Below are positions 1 to 12,960 of a DNA stretch of 64,000 nucleotides, in pieces (the first letter of the stretch is position 1; each line of letters starts with the position of its first letter). Made by a program: the position numbers and the translations under genes. The notes under the pieces were generated by a model. That model worked only from the letters and a program-made list of their open reading frames with translations, did not search any database and was not told the origin of the DNA. Origin of the DNA: Catajapyx aquilonaris (lineage: Eukaryota); assembly GCA_000934665.2 (NCBI GenBank), contig KZ538221.1, forward strand, positions 1 to 64,000. Reading direction: 5' to 3'.

Positions 1-24
1 CCGCGCGGATTATGGACGGCCCCT
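1..24. mobile_element. Right terminal inverted repeat of the same MITE family as 47194
   Basis: CCGCGCGGATTATGGACGGCCCCT is the reverse complement of 47194-47217. Confidence 0.75.
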
Positions 25-33
25 AAGGAAAAT

Positions 34-116
34 TTTTGCATGTATTACCTTAGAAAATAGAGGGTAAAAAAGAGGCCCCTTTTTACCCTCTATTTTCTAA
101 GGTAATACATGCAAAA
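34..116. repeat. Perfect 37-bp inverted repeat with a 9-nt spacer
   Basis: 34-70 is the reverse complement of 80-116. Confidence 0.9.
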
Positions 117-771
117 TTTACCTTAGAATCAATTTACCCTACAATGTAAGGTAAAAAAAATGGCCACTTTCTTACCCTCTCTAGAGAAGGTAAATGGTTA
201 AGAGTGTACAGGTGCTGTCACATGTGCCTAGCAATGCTTTTTAATGCTGTGCGATTTAGAGTGCAGGCGAGATGGAGGGATATGATACTACATGGACAGT
301 CGGGGACACAAAATGTCCCTAGTATAATATACAACTCACAATAGACCAACGCCATCTAGTGTGGAAATGGGTCGAGCATTTCTAGGCGTGACTTTCCGTC
401 TCTTTTTCGACTGTCCAATCGAAAATGTTGAGTAAGAAAAGTGTCTGAAAGAAAAGGAGGTGGTGGTAAAGGTCTCCTGCTCTTCTGCAAGCATCGTTAC
501 TGTCCCGGAGAAACTGGTAGTCGATAGATCGTGACTACAGTATTGTGGACTTAGGTCCACTCCCACCATTTTCCCAAGCCCCAAAGCCAACTACTTCAAA
601 CTGACCGCTCCGTCTCCTGAACAACAAACGGAAAAGAAAAAGGGACGAAAACGAGAAAAAACGATAGAATTGGTCTATGGCGGGGGCTATGGTGGGAACA
701 AACTATAACATTGTCTTTTATAATAATTGAGATAAATAACAAAAATCAATATTTATTAGTATAATGTATGG

Positions 772-945
772 TGAGTACGTAAGACCGTACCTATATACTT
801 AAGTACGTAAGAACGTAACGACGTAAGTTAGGACGTAATTATTTAAAGACGTAACTACGTAAGCACGAAAGTACGTAAGTAATGTAACTACGTAAGCACG
901 AAAGTACGTAAGTAATGTAACTACGTAAGCACGTACGTACGTATT
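772..945. repeat. TACGTAAG-motif degenerate array
   Basis: Many TACGTA/ACGTAAG copies with a short internal duplication. Confidence 0.85.
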
Positions 946-958
946 AGGCAAGATATAA

Positions 959-1419
959 GGATAAATAGAAATTAATAGAAAAGTAAATGGATAAATAGAA
1001 ATTAATAGAAAAGTAAATGGATAAATAGAAATTAATAGAAAAGTAAATGGATAAATAGAAATTAATAGAAAAGTAAATGGATAAATAGAAATTAATAGAA
1101 AAGTAAATGGATAAATAGAAATTAATAGAAAAGTAAATGGATAAATAGAAATTAAGAGAAAAGTAAATGGATAAATAGAAATTAATAGAAAAGTAAATGG
1201 ATAAATTGAAATTAATAGAAAAGTAAATGGATAAATAGAAATTAATAGAAAAGTAAATGGATAAATAGAAATTAATAGAAAAGTAAATGGATAAATAGAA
1301 ATTAATAGAAAAGTAAATAAATAACTAGAAATTAATCGAAAAGTAAATAAATAACTAGAAATTAATCGAAAAGTAAATAAATAACTAGAAATTAATCGAA
1401 AAGTAAATAAATAACTAGA

Positions 1420-1467
<48 letters not shown>

Positions 1468-1470
1468 AAA
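959..1470. repeat. 30-bp minisatellite (GGATAAATAGAAATTAATAGAAAAGTAAAT, about 15 copies) grading into (TAAA)n
   Basis: Exact 30-nt periodicity visible line to line. Confidence 0.97.
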
Positions 1471-2599
1471 CTACGATGACGACCTCTATCGGCAAAAAAA
1501 TATCTGAAACTGCCATAAAACGACATAGAGGAAGTTAGACCGCCAAGCGCCACTTAGACGCAAAAACTGCAGAAAAATGATAATTTTGGCCAAGGAATAA
1601 AGAAGACAAGAAGAGCAAGAAGGACCTCTAGCGGTTCCCCCAAAAAAGATGTCCGGAGGTAGGCTGTTTGGACTCTTTATGCGTCTCCTAAATCCCTTCT
1701 CGGCGCAGTGTGTCCCTTCCGGATGGCATTTCTTAGGCCGTTTTACAAACCATTGTAAATGTGTCAGAGAGGGAAATATTGCCTAGGAAAAGCTAGACTT
1801 GGGAGAGACTCAGTTTATGGTTGGGTGGATGACTTTTTTTTGGCGGGAAAAAAACTAAAAAAATAAAATAGAAACGAGGCCACAATGTGGCGCAATTTTT
1901 AAAGGGTGCATAAATGCAGGCGGTGAAGGTTTTATGGGTTTTGGTATTATGTGTGGGAGACCGGTTCTTATGGCTTGGTTTTTGTGGTTTATAAGAGGAG
2001 TCCGGTGGATGTCAGGGCGGACATTTTGTATCCAAGTTGTGACCGCGCGACTCACCCCGGTTTGGAAACAGAAAATAAGTCCGCCATTTTGTATCCACAG
2101 GTGGCTCGGTTCCATATCTCAGTCCTTTCCTGTAAAATCAAGCTTAAAATGTTAATGTAATTTTTATATTATTCATATCTATATTATTAATACCCTACTG
2201 TGATGGCGATACCTCCCGCTGTGTATGGCCTACAGCATTGGAAGTTATGTCAAAATTTAGCCCGCGTGTCCTATATTTGCAATATACGTTTGCTTTTTGG
2301 AAATAGTGTCCAGAGAATTTATAAAACGCAAAAAAACGCCGTCCGCCTTAAAAAACCAACCACCACGGAGTTCCCATAAACGCCGTTCCGGCTTCAGGCG
2401 CTACCTCCGGTGCGTCTTACTTCGGTACTTTGCCGTCGGATGTCGCTGCCTGGTCCGCGTCTCTCCCTCACCCTCACCCTCTCCACTTTCGCAATTTTGC
2501 CTAATAAAGTAATTGTAAAAATTTTGTTGCAACAAAATTTATCATTAGTATAGATGTATCGATAATCGAAATATTTTATTATCAGTCAAACGCGAAATA

Positions 2600-2853
2600 C
2601 AGCAATGTTTCTCAAAACAGGAGGTTCCAAATTCGTGGGTCCTTTTTACAGCTGATATTGCTCACTAGCAGTTATTTTTTGTAGCTTGTTACTGTGCCCC
2701 TAACCAGGTGCCCCATTACTCCAAGCGGGTCGAATATAACACACTTTGCTATAGAATGGGCCATCTGGATAGGAACACAACAAGCTACAAAAAATAACTG
2801 CTATCGGGTGATATCAGTTATAATAAAACAACCCTAGAATCAGGAACACCCTG
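2600..2853. mobile_element. Degenerate MITE, Tc1/mariner-type right end
   Basis: Right end GGAACACCCTG-TA; internal inverted pair TAGCAGTTATTTTTTGTAGCTTGTT / AACAAGCTACAAAAAATAACTGCTA. Confidence 0.6.
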
Positions 2854-2893
2854 TATAATTATCATTACATGATGCATATATATTTATAATATA

Positions 2894-3147
2894 CAGGGTG
2901 GACCAACTTCAAGTATCGTTTTATAACGGCGATTAATAGCAGTGATTTTGCGATGACGTAGCAGCGACATGTAAAATGTCCCACTTCGGCGCCATCGAAA
3001 ATATTAGCTGCCAATAGGGCAGCCAATTGGCAGCTAATATTTTCGATGGCGCCGAAGTGGGCCATTTTACACGTCGCTGCTACGTCAATCGTGAAGGGCT
3101 TCTATTAATAGCCGTTATAAAACGACACTTGAAGTTGGTCCACCTTG
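2894..3147. mobile_element. Almost fully palindromic MITE, Tc1/mariner-type ends
   Basis: TA-CAGGGTGGACCAACTTCAAGT...ACTTGAAGTTGGTCCACCTTG-TA; arms of about 120 bp around a short spacer. Confidence 0.88.
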
Positions 3148-3433
3148 TATAATATATAATATATTACATGTGTATTCGCCTGCACTAGAACTACTGTATA
3201 AGTATAAAGTATTTAGTCAATAATGGTTATCAATATCAAAAGTCAAAAAATGGATATGCCTACGATAGTATCGATCCTACTACAGTATATATAGATTCCT
3301 TTCCTATTAAAATTCTCTTGTAGAAAGTGTTGCATCCATGTAGGTAGGATGAATAGATCCTTTTTGCCTTCCTCACGTCAAAGTCGTTTCAAAATATTCT
3401 ATAGTCGTCTATGAGGACCAAAAAAAGACTATT

Positions 3434-3474
3434 CCCCCCCCCCCCCNNNNNNNNNNNNNNCCCCCCCCCCCCCC
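3434..3474. other. Assembly gap inside a poly-C tract
   Basis: 14 N (3447-3460) flanked by C runs. Single Ns at 23978, 27860, 31555, 40534 and 47333 also lie in or near poly-C/G tracts. Confidence 0.95.
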
Positions 3475-4309
3475 AAGTCATTTTCATCATAACTGAAAGG
3501 CGCTTAACTCTCTCTAATTGGGATTTCTAATCCAGATGATTAAAGAAAAAATAGTAGTGGAGACTATGAGAATGAGGGTTGGCTTCATAAACATTTTCAC
3601 CAGTCATCTCACAGGGTCCTCATTTATTTCTTAAAACTCTATTCTGCTTTAATAACCCTAATGGGCGATTAAGTTCAGACACTGTAAACCTCATTTTCAG
3701 CAAATCGCCTCCCCCCCAAAAATTCATAAGACTAAGAGGCTTGTAACGCCTCATTTACGTCCTTCCAATAAGCTCAAAGCCATTTTTGGAACCTCCCCCT
3801 TAAAAAATACAGAAATTTTGATTTTTGAGTTTTTCCAAAAAAGAAATCACCATCATCTTTCTTAAAAGAAAATCAAGAAACAGGCAAGAAAAGCCCAGAA
3901 TCAATATAGATTTCTGCAGAACTTTTTTTATATAGCTCCGCCCCCTTTCCCTCCAGGCTCCCTTTTTGCACCCGACCCTACACCCCCCACGCCTAGCCCG
4001 CCCTCTTTCGACAGCATATCAAGCCCAAAAGTTGCCGGCTGAGAGCTATATATTGATGGCGTGCTCTGCAGACGAAGCAGTGCAGGGAATTGGGAGGGAT
4101 GAACCAGGGAAATCAGAAAGGCAAATGAACCTTGCTTGCACCCGGGCCTCCCTCTATTGGTCCTTCTTGCCCAAAATTCTTAAGATGTATATGTCTTAAA
4201 AAGCGAATGTGATTTGGGCAAAAAAATATTCGCTTGTTGCTATTTGTTTGTAAAAATTTTGGGGCGAAAAACCGATAATTGTAGCGTAAAGCGCTATATT
4301 TACTGTATA

Positions 4310-5420
4310 AAAATATCGATTTTCTATCGATTTCGATATCAATTTTGTCAATATCAGTATCGATACGTCACTCAATATAGATATCAAGTGTTGATGTCAC
4401 CTCAATATGGATAATAATTATCGCTGTCAATTTTTATCGATATCAAGTGTCAGTATGCTAATTTATATCGGTATCAAGATTCGCTATGCCAATTTTTATA
4501 GATGTCAAATATATAAAAATTGGCATATTGAATATTGATACCGATAGAAATTAGTATATTGATACTTGACAGCGATAAAAATTAGTATGTCGATTTTGGT
4601 GTCAAATATCGAGATGCTAATTTCGATACTTGATACCGAAAATTCACCTATCGATACTTGATATCGTCATAAATTATAATATAGATACTTGATATCGTCA
4701 TAAATTATAATATAGATACTTGATATATTACAATCGATATAATAATACTAATTTTTATTGATGTCAAGTATCGATAGTACAAATTATATCAATATCAAGT
4801 ACCTATATTACAAATACTACCAGAATACTACACAATATCAACCCCGATATTACAAAATAATAACACAATATCAAGTGCCGATATGTCGTATTGAAGCACT
4901 AATTAAGATACTCGATACCGAAAAATTATATTGATATGCCAAGTTTTATCGATATCAACATTCTATATTGCAATTTCTATCAATATCAACATTCTACATT
5001 GCAATTTCTATCAGTATCAAGTATCGATATTACATTCTATCAGTATCAAGTATCGATATTACATTCTATTATAATTTCTATTAATAGCAAGTATAGATAT
5101 GCCAATTTTTTGTGTCAAGTATCGAGATACTGAATTCGATACTTGACAATATTGATACCGTATGTCAATTTGTATCGATATCAAGATTTGAGATGTCAAT
5201 TTAAATCAATTTCAAGTCTCCATGTCAAATACGGTACATATCGATATTGGTCTTTTGTAATGCCATATGAATATCGATATGTAGATGTAAAAGTGACATA
5301 TCAAAAATTTCTATCGATATTTAGTCGACATTACTAAATACCAATATCGATATAAAATTAACATCAGTACTTAAAATCGATATAAAATTGACATCTCGAA
5401 TCTTGATATATCGACATACC
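4310..5420. repeat. ATCGAT/GATATC-rich degenerate array
   Basis: Dense TATCGAT, GATATCAAG and CTTGATATC motifs in both orientations. Confidence 0.85.
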
Positions 5421-5879
5421 TCATTCAGATGTGACACTAATAAACTCAGTCCCCTTAATTTGCTTCACAAAATAATGTCGTAGGTCAAACATTTTCCTTG
5501 TGTACCCACCCATACCGGTACAGTATCGTCTAGTCCACAGTCCTCTTTAACTTTTAAGCTCCACTCACTCTCAAAGTTACACGATTTGTTTCCACACTCC
5601 TGGTTGGCACTTCCATCGTTTAACTCTTTCACACCCGATGCACTGTACTGGTGGTATACAGTGTGGCCCATCAACCCACGCCACGTCTCGGCTTGTTCAA
5701 CCCACCATTCATCACTGGTTGTCCATCACTCCTACCCCTCACATCCCAAATAGGCAAGACCTGAAAATGTAGTGTGTCCCTATTGGGGGCCGCCATTGCC
5801 TCAAACGGGCTATTGTCAGGCCAAGGACGTGGGAAAACGAAAGTGACGGAAAATTTCAAAAACATGGAAAAACTAAACA

Positions 5880-6540
5880 AATGGCGAAGCAAACGACCGA
5901 GGAAGCAATTAAACAAACGTCATGATAAATGACTGGGCAAATGATAGAGCAAAAGGCCGAACAAACGACAGAGCAAACTCTCAAGCAAGTGATAGAGGAA
6001 GTGATACCTCTAGCGAATGATCGAGCAAACGACAGAGCAAAACATAAAGCAAACTCATTTGTTCGGTAATTTGCCCTGTCATTTGCTCGATCCTTTGCTT
6101 GGTCGTTTGCTCTATCACCTGTTTGATCGTTTGCTCAGTCGCTTGCACTGGCATCAAGCAATTGCTAGAGCAAACGACGGAACAAACGACAGAGCAAAGG
6201 ATCGAACAAATTATAGACCAAACGACGGAGCAAATGACTGAACACACGATCAAGCAAATTTATGTACCAAACGACCGAACAACTGAGCCAACAATCAAGC
6301 AAGTGATAGAGCAAACTCATTTGTTTGGTCGTTTGTCCTATCGTTTTCTCGATCCTTTGCTCGATCCTTTGCTCGGTAGTTTGCCCGGTCGTTTGCCTTG
6401 GCATCAAGCAAGTGATGGAGCAAACAACCGAACAAATGACTGAGCATGGGATCAAACAAATAATCGAGCAAACGACGGGACAAACGACCGAGCAAATGAT
6501 CGTGAAAAAGTGAGGACAAACGATGGAGCAAACGAAAAAA
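5880..6540. repeat. 12-bp-period GAGCAAACGA array with internally inverted blocks
   Basis: Forward blocks alternate with TCGTTTGCTC blocks at about 6055-6150 and 6317-6400. Confidence 0.9.
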
Positions 6541-7159
6541 AATATTTAAATCCGCCAGTTTGACTGGATAGAAATGGAGAAGTCAAAACTACTGCGACCC
6601 AACATGGGCTACCTTAGGCCATTCCCCGGGCCACACTCCCCCCCCCCCCCCCAAAAAAAAAAAAAACCTATGATTCTCTAGAGAAAAGCCTTGGTATGCA
6701 AATTCACCTCCTGGCCCGGAGTAACAATTCCGTGCAGTGCAATTCTCCGGGCTACTACTATTCCTCCGGGTAATCCTCCCACACCTTGCGTTGCAAGACA
6801 GAAAAAGGTAGAGGGCGCCATTGGTGTGGTGGTAAGGTGGGGGGGGGGGGGAGGGAAGAGTGAGCGGGGAGGTCAAGCCTTTAGGGGATTCCCCGCGGAC
6901 TCTATCTCGCTTCCTATGGGCCAAAATGGGGTTAGACTTGCCCACTTGGAGATTGGAGAGAGAATAGATAGTAGAAGTCTTGAAAAAAATGTACGAATTT
7001 TTTGCTACACTCGGTATTTTCCGATTCTCTTAAGAACAATTGTGAGGTAGCTATATTACCAGTTACTATCAAATTTAAAGTCGAAAATGAACATTTATGA
7101 GTTAAATGTAGCTTTAGTTTTAATATAAAAATGCGATATTGACAGATCCGTGAATTTTA

Positions 7160-8090
7160 ATGGTACCTTGCCAAATCAGTTATTCAAAACTGCTATATTG
7201 CCAACCACTGTTATTTTGAACTATCACATTGCCAAAACCATGTTTTCGATCAGCTCCTTCGCTAAAACCACGACAAGAAACCGCTACCTTGCCAAAACCA
7301 GCGATTTGAAATCTAGATCTTGCCAAAACCGCAATCTAAAACGGATGTTTTGTCAAAACTTCGATATTGTAGCAAAACAGTTATTTTAAACCGTTATATT
7401 GTCAGAACCGTTATTCAAAACCTATATTTTGCAAAACAGTGATTTCAAACGGCCACATTGCCAAAACTTACATTAAAACCCCCTATATCCGTGATTCAAA
7501 CCCGTTATTTTGACAATAAGAGCGATTATAAGCGGCTATCGTACCTAAAACGCAATTAAAACCGTTATATTACCAAAACCGTGATTCAACACATCGATTT
7601 TGCCAAAAACAGCGATTTAAACCAGCCATCGCTCCAAACCAGTTATTTAAAACCAGGTATGATGCCAAAGCCTTGATTCAAAACCCCTTCCAGGCTAAAA
7701 GAGCGATTTCAAACAGATATCGCATCAAAGGTGATCAGAAACCGTTATATTGCCAATTTTTTATCTATTTTTTTATTTATACCCCATTGGGAGAATCGGC
7801 GCTCATTAGGGTGGTGGAACACCATCATTGGATGGGGCCAAGGATAGGGAAAGAAGGAAGCGGCTGTGGCCTATTATGCGGAAGCGACCCCGGAATTATC
7901 CTGGGGGAACAGTGGAAAACCACGGTCTGGATCTCCTCCGATTATATTGCCAAAATCGTGATTCACAACCGTTATTTTGCCATAAAACAGCGACTTCAAA
8001 CGGCCATATTGTCAAAACAGTTATAGATAACCGCCATCTTGCCAAACCCGTAATTGTAAACCGCTATTTTGCCAATATCGCTATCATTAC
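7160..8090. repeat. TTGCCAAAACC-motif degenerate array (hosts a SINE)
   Basis: Recurrent GCCAAAACC / CCGTTAT / GTGATTCAAA motifs. Confidence 0.85.
7757..7941 (-). mobile_element. 5'-truncated SINE copy
   Basis: Reverse complement shares the central block with the 58802 SINE; A-rich tail appears as T-rich 7757-7780; candidate TSD TTATATTGCCAA at 7745-7756 and 7942-7953. Confidence 0.82.
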
Positions 8091-9039
8091 ACTCAAAAGA
8101 TTTAACGTGATTGTCCACGCTATTTTCTCCGTCAGATTTACAGTTATCCGCTATTCCTGCCACACCCGCAACTTTTCGCCGCTATTTATCACACACCCTA
8201 TCCTCGCAAAACGCAGTGCAAGTGATTCTGGCACTATCCCCAGACTTGAATTGAACAGTCAAAGCTCTTTTCTAAACGCGATTTAGAACCCCCCGGGTCA
8301 TTGTCCGTTCTCCAACTCCCTGTCCTGTCCGTTTGACTTGACCACCGGTCTTTTCCAGCCTTTAACCGCCGACTCATCATGCGACCAATATCCGTCCAAC
8401 TTAGATCGAAACCTCCCCCTTTTGTCCTGGGCCTATCAAGGCCAGGTTCTATATTCTGCCCCTACTCCCTGTGCTACTCAGCCACAGTGCCCCCTTCACA
8501 CTCTTTCCGAACCAATTAATCGGTTCTTGACTTTGCACAAAACTGAATCTGGTTCATCCGCTCGTGTCCACAACTTTTCAGGACTGGTTCGAAATTTTTG
8601 GGAACCGGATTTTGGTGTAACAGTTGACCGAACTTGGACGCCATTGTTGTTTTAAGTAATGAGTGACGTCAGGAGCCAAAATGGCTTCCCTTTATCATGT
8701 GTTGTACTGTTTTAAATGTAGAAAATAATAGGCTGCCCAAGTCGGACGGATTAGCACAAAGCGGCCATTTTGAATCCATGGCGTACATTTCAATATGACT
8801 GCCACAGTACATTAAACTTGCATAAAACATATTGTAATGAAATGGACCCCAGTCTGAAGACATGTTTTGTACGTGTTAAATGTTCTGTTTCAAAACTTTC
8901 GCCATGGATTCAAAATGACCTCTTTGTTAAACCGTCTTAATTCATCCTATTGCATCATTCTTATTCCCTAAAAACTGCAACCTTTTATTGAATTATTAAT
9001 TTGTGCCCAGTTGTCGATCATAAGCCGGAATCCATCTTG

Positions 9040-9500
9040 AACTCACCATAAAACTGTTGCCATGTTTAATCCACGTCATGTAACTGACGCCATATTGAAT
9101 CCACATCATGAAATTGACTCCATTTTGAATTTCGAATCTGAATGAAAGTGTCGATATGTTAAATTTACACCATGAACAAGTCACCATGTTTAATCCATGT
9201 TATGTAACAGCCGCCATATTGGATCAAATTCTTGGAACTGACGTCATGTTGAATTCTCCCCATGAACCATCCGCCATATTTAATTCACGTCATTGGAACT
9301 GCCTCCATTTTGAATCCATACGATGAACTAACCCCCATTTTGAATACACATAATGAAACTGCTACCATGTTTATTGCACGTCATGAAACTGCCTCCATTT
9401 TGAATCCACACTATGAACTAGCAGCCATGTTTAATCCAAGTCATGAAACTGCCACCATTTTGAATCCATGTCATAAAATAGTCACCATATTGAAATCCAG
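9040..9500. repeat. About 30-bp degenerate array CCATNTTGAATCCA..CATGAAACTG
   Basis: Periodic CCAT(G/T/A)TT(G/T)AATCC motif. Confidence 0.85.
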
Positions 9501-9990
9501 ACTTCCTCAAGCATGTCCTCCTCTCTCATTCCCACACGTGCTTCCATCTAATCGTGTGGGACTGGGCCATAACTCGTTTTATCTCCCCAAAACCGGACCC
9601 CTGCACCTTCCAGGTTGATGAATGAGGTCTGGAACCTTCTGTGTGAAACCCCAGTTCCCAAAAAAACTTAAACTCCAGCCTTTGTGGAAACAGCCTCGAG
9701 GCAACCCGATACCCTCAGCCGCCATAGTGTGTCCACTCCAAAAAAAGGAGAGAAATGAGTCCCACACCGACCGCCATGTTTTGTCCAGTTTGGCATTCTT
9801 GCCCTCTCCAGGATTATTAATGGCGGAGTGGTTTCTCAGGAGCGTAATTGGGCGCCGTTTGTAACACGGCTGCTGGTGGGGCCAAAATCTGTTGCGGATT
9901 TATTGGACAGGCCGCTGTATGGCGCTGTCATAGGGATCAAGGAGAGGATCAAGTAGATCCGGGTCAAGGGTCAACAAGGATCAAACTCAC

Positions 9991-10142
9991 CGTCTTGTCC
10001 CCCAAATTCTTGACCTGGCATGGAAGATAGGCAGCTTGACCCACAGCCGCGCTCACGTTCTTGGTCACCTCTTCGAAATCAGGCCAGAGGTCACCCTTCG
10101 ATGTCCTGAGTTGCTTAAGCTTAACTGACGGCTCCCACTGAC
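9991..10142 (-). CDS. Internal exon of an Ig-superfamily cell-surface protein, Dpr/Zig-8-like (QWEPSVKLKQLRTSKGDLWPDFEEVTKNVSAAVGQAAYLPCQVKNLGDKT)
   Basis: On -: ttttttatccaacag acceptor and ACG|gtgagt donor. P.F.....NV.A.VG..AYLPC.V.NLGDKT is the first half of the first Ig domain typical of Dpr proteins. Other exons were not identified. Confidence 0.85.
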
Positions 10143-10380
10143 CTGTTGGATAAAAAAGACACTTGTACATAAATACGACATTAAAATTAATACACATACA
10201 GAATCGGCAAGTCTGTGCCTCTGTCCGGGGTGAGTCATCAGCAACACAGTGCGCACCACAGTTCGCGCTTCGTGCACGGTTGGCATTATCAATGATAGCT
10301 GGTAAGCTCTGTATTATGTATGTACTGGTAGGACTACACTTATCTACAACGCTACGCTTGGGGAAACAACAAGATTGACA

Positions 10381-10757
10381 TATCACGCTGGCGTAATTCG
10401 AGTAGACTTTTCCTCATTGAGCAGTGGGAAATGAGACCGACCAATCCGATACGATACGATTCTAATAGGACAACAATGACATTGATTGTTGTCAGTCTCC
10501 ATTTCCCGTTGCCAAGGAACCAAATTTAAACGGTAATCTGCATGTACATCGACCTTGGTGGATAGAGTAAACCAGGAAAGTCGGAAGTGGCCCATCATCG
10601 AAAGTTGACCATGAAACCTATTTTGGTCACGCTGAATCCGAATCCGAAAACCGTTTGTTTTTATCTCTTGGGGATTAGCCCATGATACCTGTCCACGCAC
10701 GGACGGACGGACATATTCGTTCTATATAACGGTACTTTTTGATGAGAAAAGTATCAA
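10381..10757 (-). mobile_element. DINE-1/HINE-like non-autonomous Helentron element
   Basis: Subterminal inverted repeat ACTTTTCCTCAT (10406-10417) / ATGAGAAAAGT (10742-10752), hairpin GTACTTTT..AAAAGTAT, (GTCC)n microsatellite at about 10700-10712, and a short stem-loop ACGC-TG-GCGT at the other end. Confidence 0.6.
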
Positions 10758-11944
10758 ATAATACTAATAACATACCATCAGCAAGTTTGTGCCTCTGTTT
10801 GTCCGGGATGAGTCATCGGCTGTAGATGAATTTGTATGAGCGCAACCCAGTTCACGCAGCGTGCACGATTGGCATTATCAATGATAACATGACTGGTAAG
10901 CTCGCTGTACTGTGGATGTTATAAGCGATGCGCTTATTTCCAACGCTACGATTGGGAGAAAACAGTATGGCCGGCTCTGCAAGATTTCAGACGTTTGAAT
11001 TATTATTTTATTATTTGGCCCATGGTTAGTAATTAACTGGCACCGTTGTTGTCACAACAGAGGAGCTGCGCCGTTGAGGGTGCGCACTCGCTTGCGCTCG
11101 CATAGTGGCAATAATGTGCGCCATCTATGTGAGGGGCATAAAACTACGTGGACAGTTTGGCCAAGTTTTAACAAGGAACATTAATTTTTTAAACAGTAAA
11201 ATCACCCTCGCTCCTTTTAAGGACCGGTCCTAAGTAAGGCCCAGCCCAGATTACGACCCTTGCCGACGTTAAACACATGTAATTTTGGGGACCACACACA
11301 CGCAACATTCCACACACTCAAGTATTCCCTCCAAAAAATACTAGTTTCGCCCAGGCCTCAAGTACAAGCTCATGTTCTAGTATAGGGTGTCACATGTTTT
11401 CCTTCCACGAATGAAAAAAAAAATTGTAGGAAAAGCAGTGTTGGCATGAGTCCCATCCCTTGACGCTTGGAATAAACGTGCTCCGGAGGAATCTGCCAGA
11501 GACATTAGGAAGTCAAATACCTAAGTCTATAAATAGAGGGTCATGTAGCTATAATTTGTCTTGTAATGGAATCGTTGCTAGGGAGCGATAAAATGTTGGC
11601 AACCCTGATTTTTTTTCTCTCGAAAAAATATCAGAATATAACCACAAGATCTGCCATTTTTCTGCACCCATGCAGATAACTGCTACTTTTTTTTAAATAT
11701 ATTATATAGAACGATAAATCAGGTGGTGGAATTAAAGGAAGAAAAATAGTTGGAGATAAGAATATTCAGCATATTTCCGACCCTTTTCCATTTCCGTGAG
11801 TCATGAATCATGTCGTTTGTGTGAGGGAAGCTGCTTTTGTGGGATGGTAAAATAGGACGGTTCACTAATTGAAACTCATTTGTGGTAAATTAAGACCTGA
11901 CACCTGTTTGCATTAGGATGGACTAAGTGTGGAGCAGGTTTTGA

Positions 11945-12960
11945 CTAGGAGTGTTCGATACGCCAAATTTTGATATGGATTAATCAATCTAGATGGGGGG
12001 AATATCATTAATATCGAAAAATATCTAAAATTAACAATGAATCGATGTAATAGTGAATTTTTGATAAATCGATATTGCATGACAAATCGATATTCTGTTC
12101 ATGTTGGTTGATCGTGGTTTGTGATATATTGATATATGGATCGGCTTGACTAAAATATCGATTAATTGTGAAATTTCGATATTTTGATCAAGTCTATCAA
12201 ATATATCGATTTATCAAAAACCACGATCGAACTACTTGGACAAAATATTGATGTCACCCAGTATTCATCAAATAAATCGGTATTTTGGTTAAGTGGTAGG
12301 ATATATCGATGTCTCGTCCAATGTTCACTCTTCAAAAGTAGGTCCTACATATTTAATCGATATTTTGGTCAAGGTGATTTGAACAAAATATCGATTTGTA
12401 TTGTCATTTTTTGATTATCGACATTGGGCGAGATATCTATATATCTGTTTACTTGACTAAAAATCTATTTCTTACCCAATATCGATTAATCAAAATTCAG
12501 TTTAAATCGATAATTTGGGCAAACTTATTGATATATCGATCTACTTGGCCAAAAAATCGATTCCTCACTCAATGTCGATTAATCAAAAATTCAATTGAAA
12601 TCGATATTTTGGGCACACGTATTGATATATATCGATTTACTTGTCCAATAATATTTTGGGCAAACCTATCGATTTACTTGACCAAGATTATCGATTCCTC
12701 ACTCAACGTCGATTAATCAAAAATTCAGTTTTAAATTGATACTTCGAGCAAACCTATCAATATATCGATCTACTTGTTCAGGAATATCGATTCTTCGCTA
12801 ACGATATTTTGGACAATCTTACTGATGTAGCAATCTACTCGACCAAAGTATCAAGTTCTCACCCAATTTCCATTAATAAAATATTCACAGTGTCTAATCG
12901 ATATTCTTGGGTAATCGATATATCGATATATCGATTTCCCGAAAATATCGATGACCTCAA
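11945..12960. repeat. ATCGAT-rich degenerate array beginning with a hAT-like end (TAGGAGTGTTCGATA)
   Basis: Dense ATCGAT motifs with longer imperfect duplications. Confidence 0.8.

Noticed and set aside
336..590. ORF with NLS-like KKRRKV
   Set aside because: Short, non-ATG start, no domain or splice support.
10383..10700. cag|VSW.. reading that looks like the next Dpr exon
   Set aside because: It lies upstream of the Ig exon on the - strand, is inside the HINE-like element, and continues ANPQ rather than an Ig strand.
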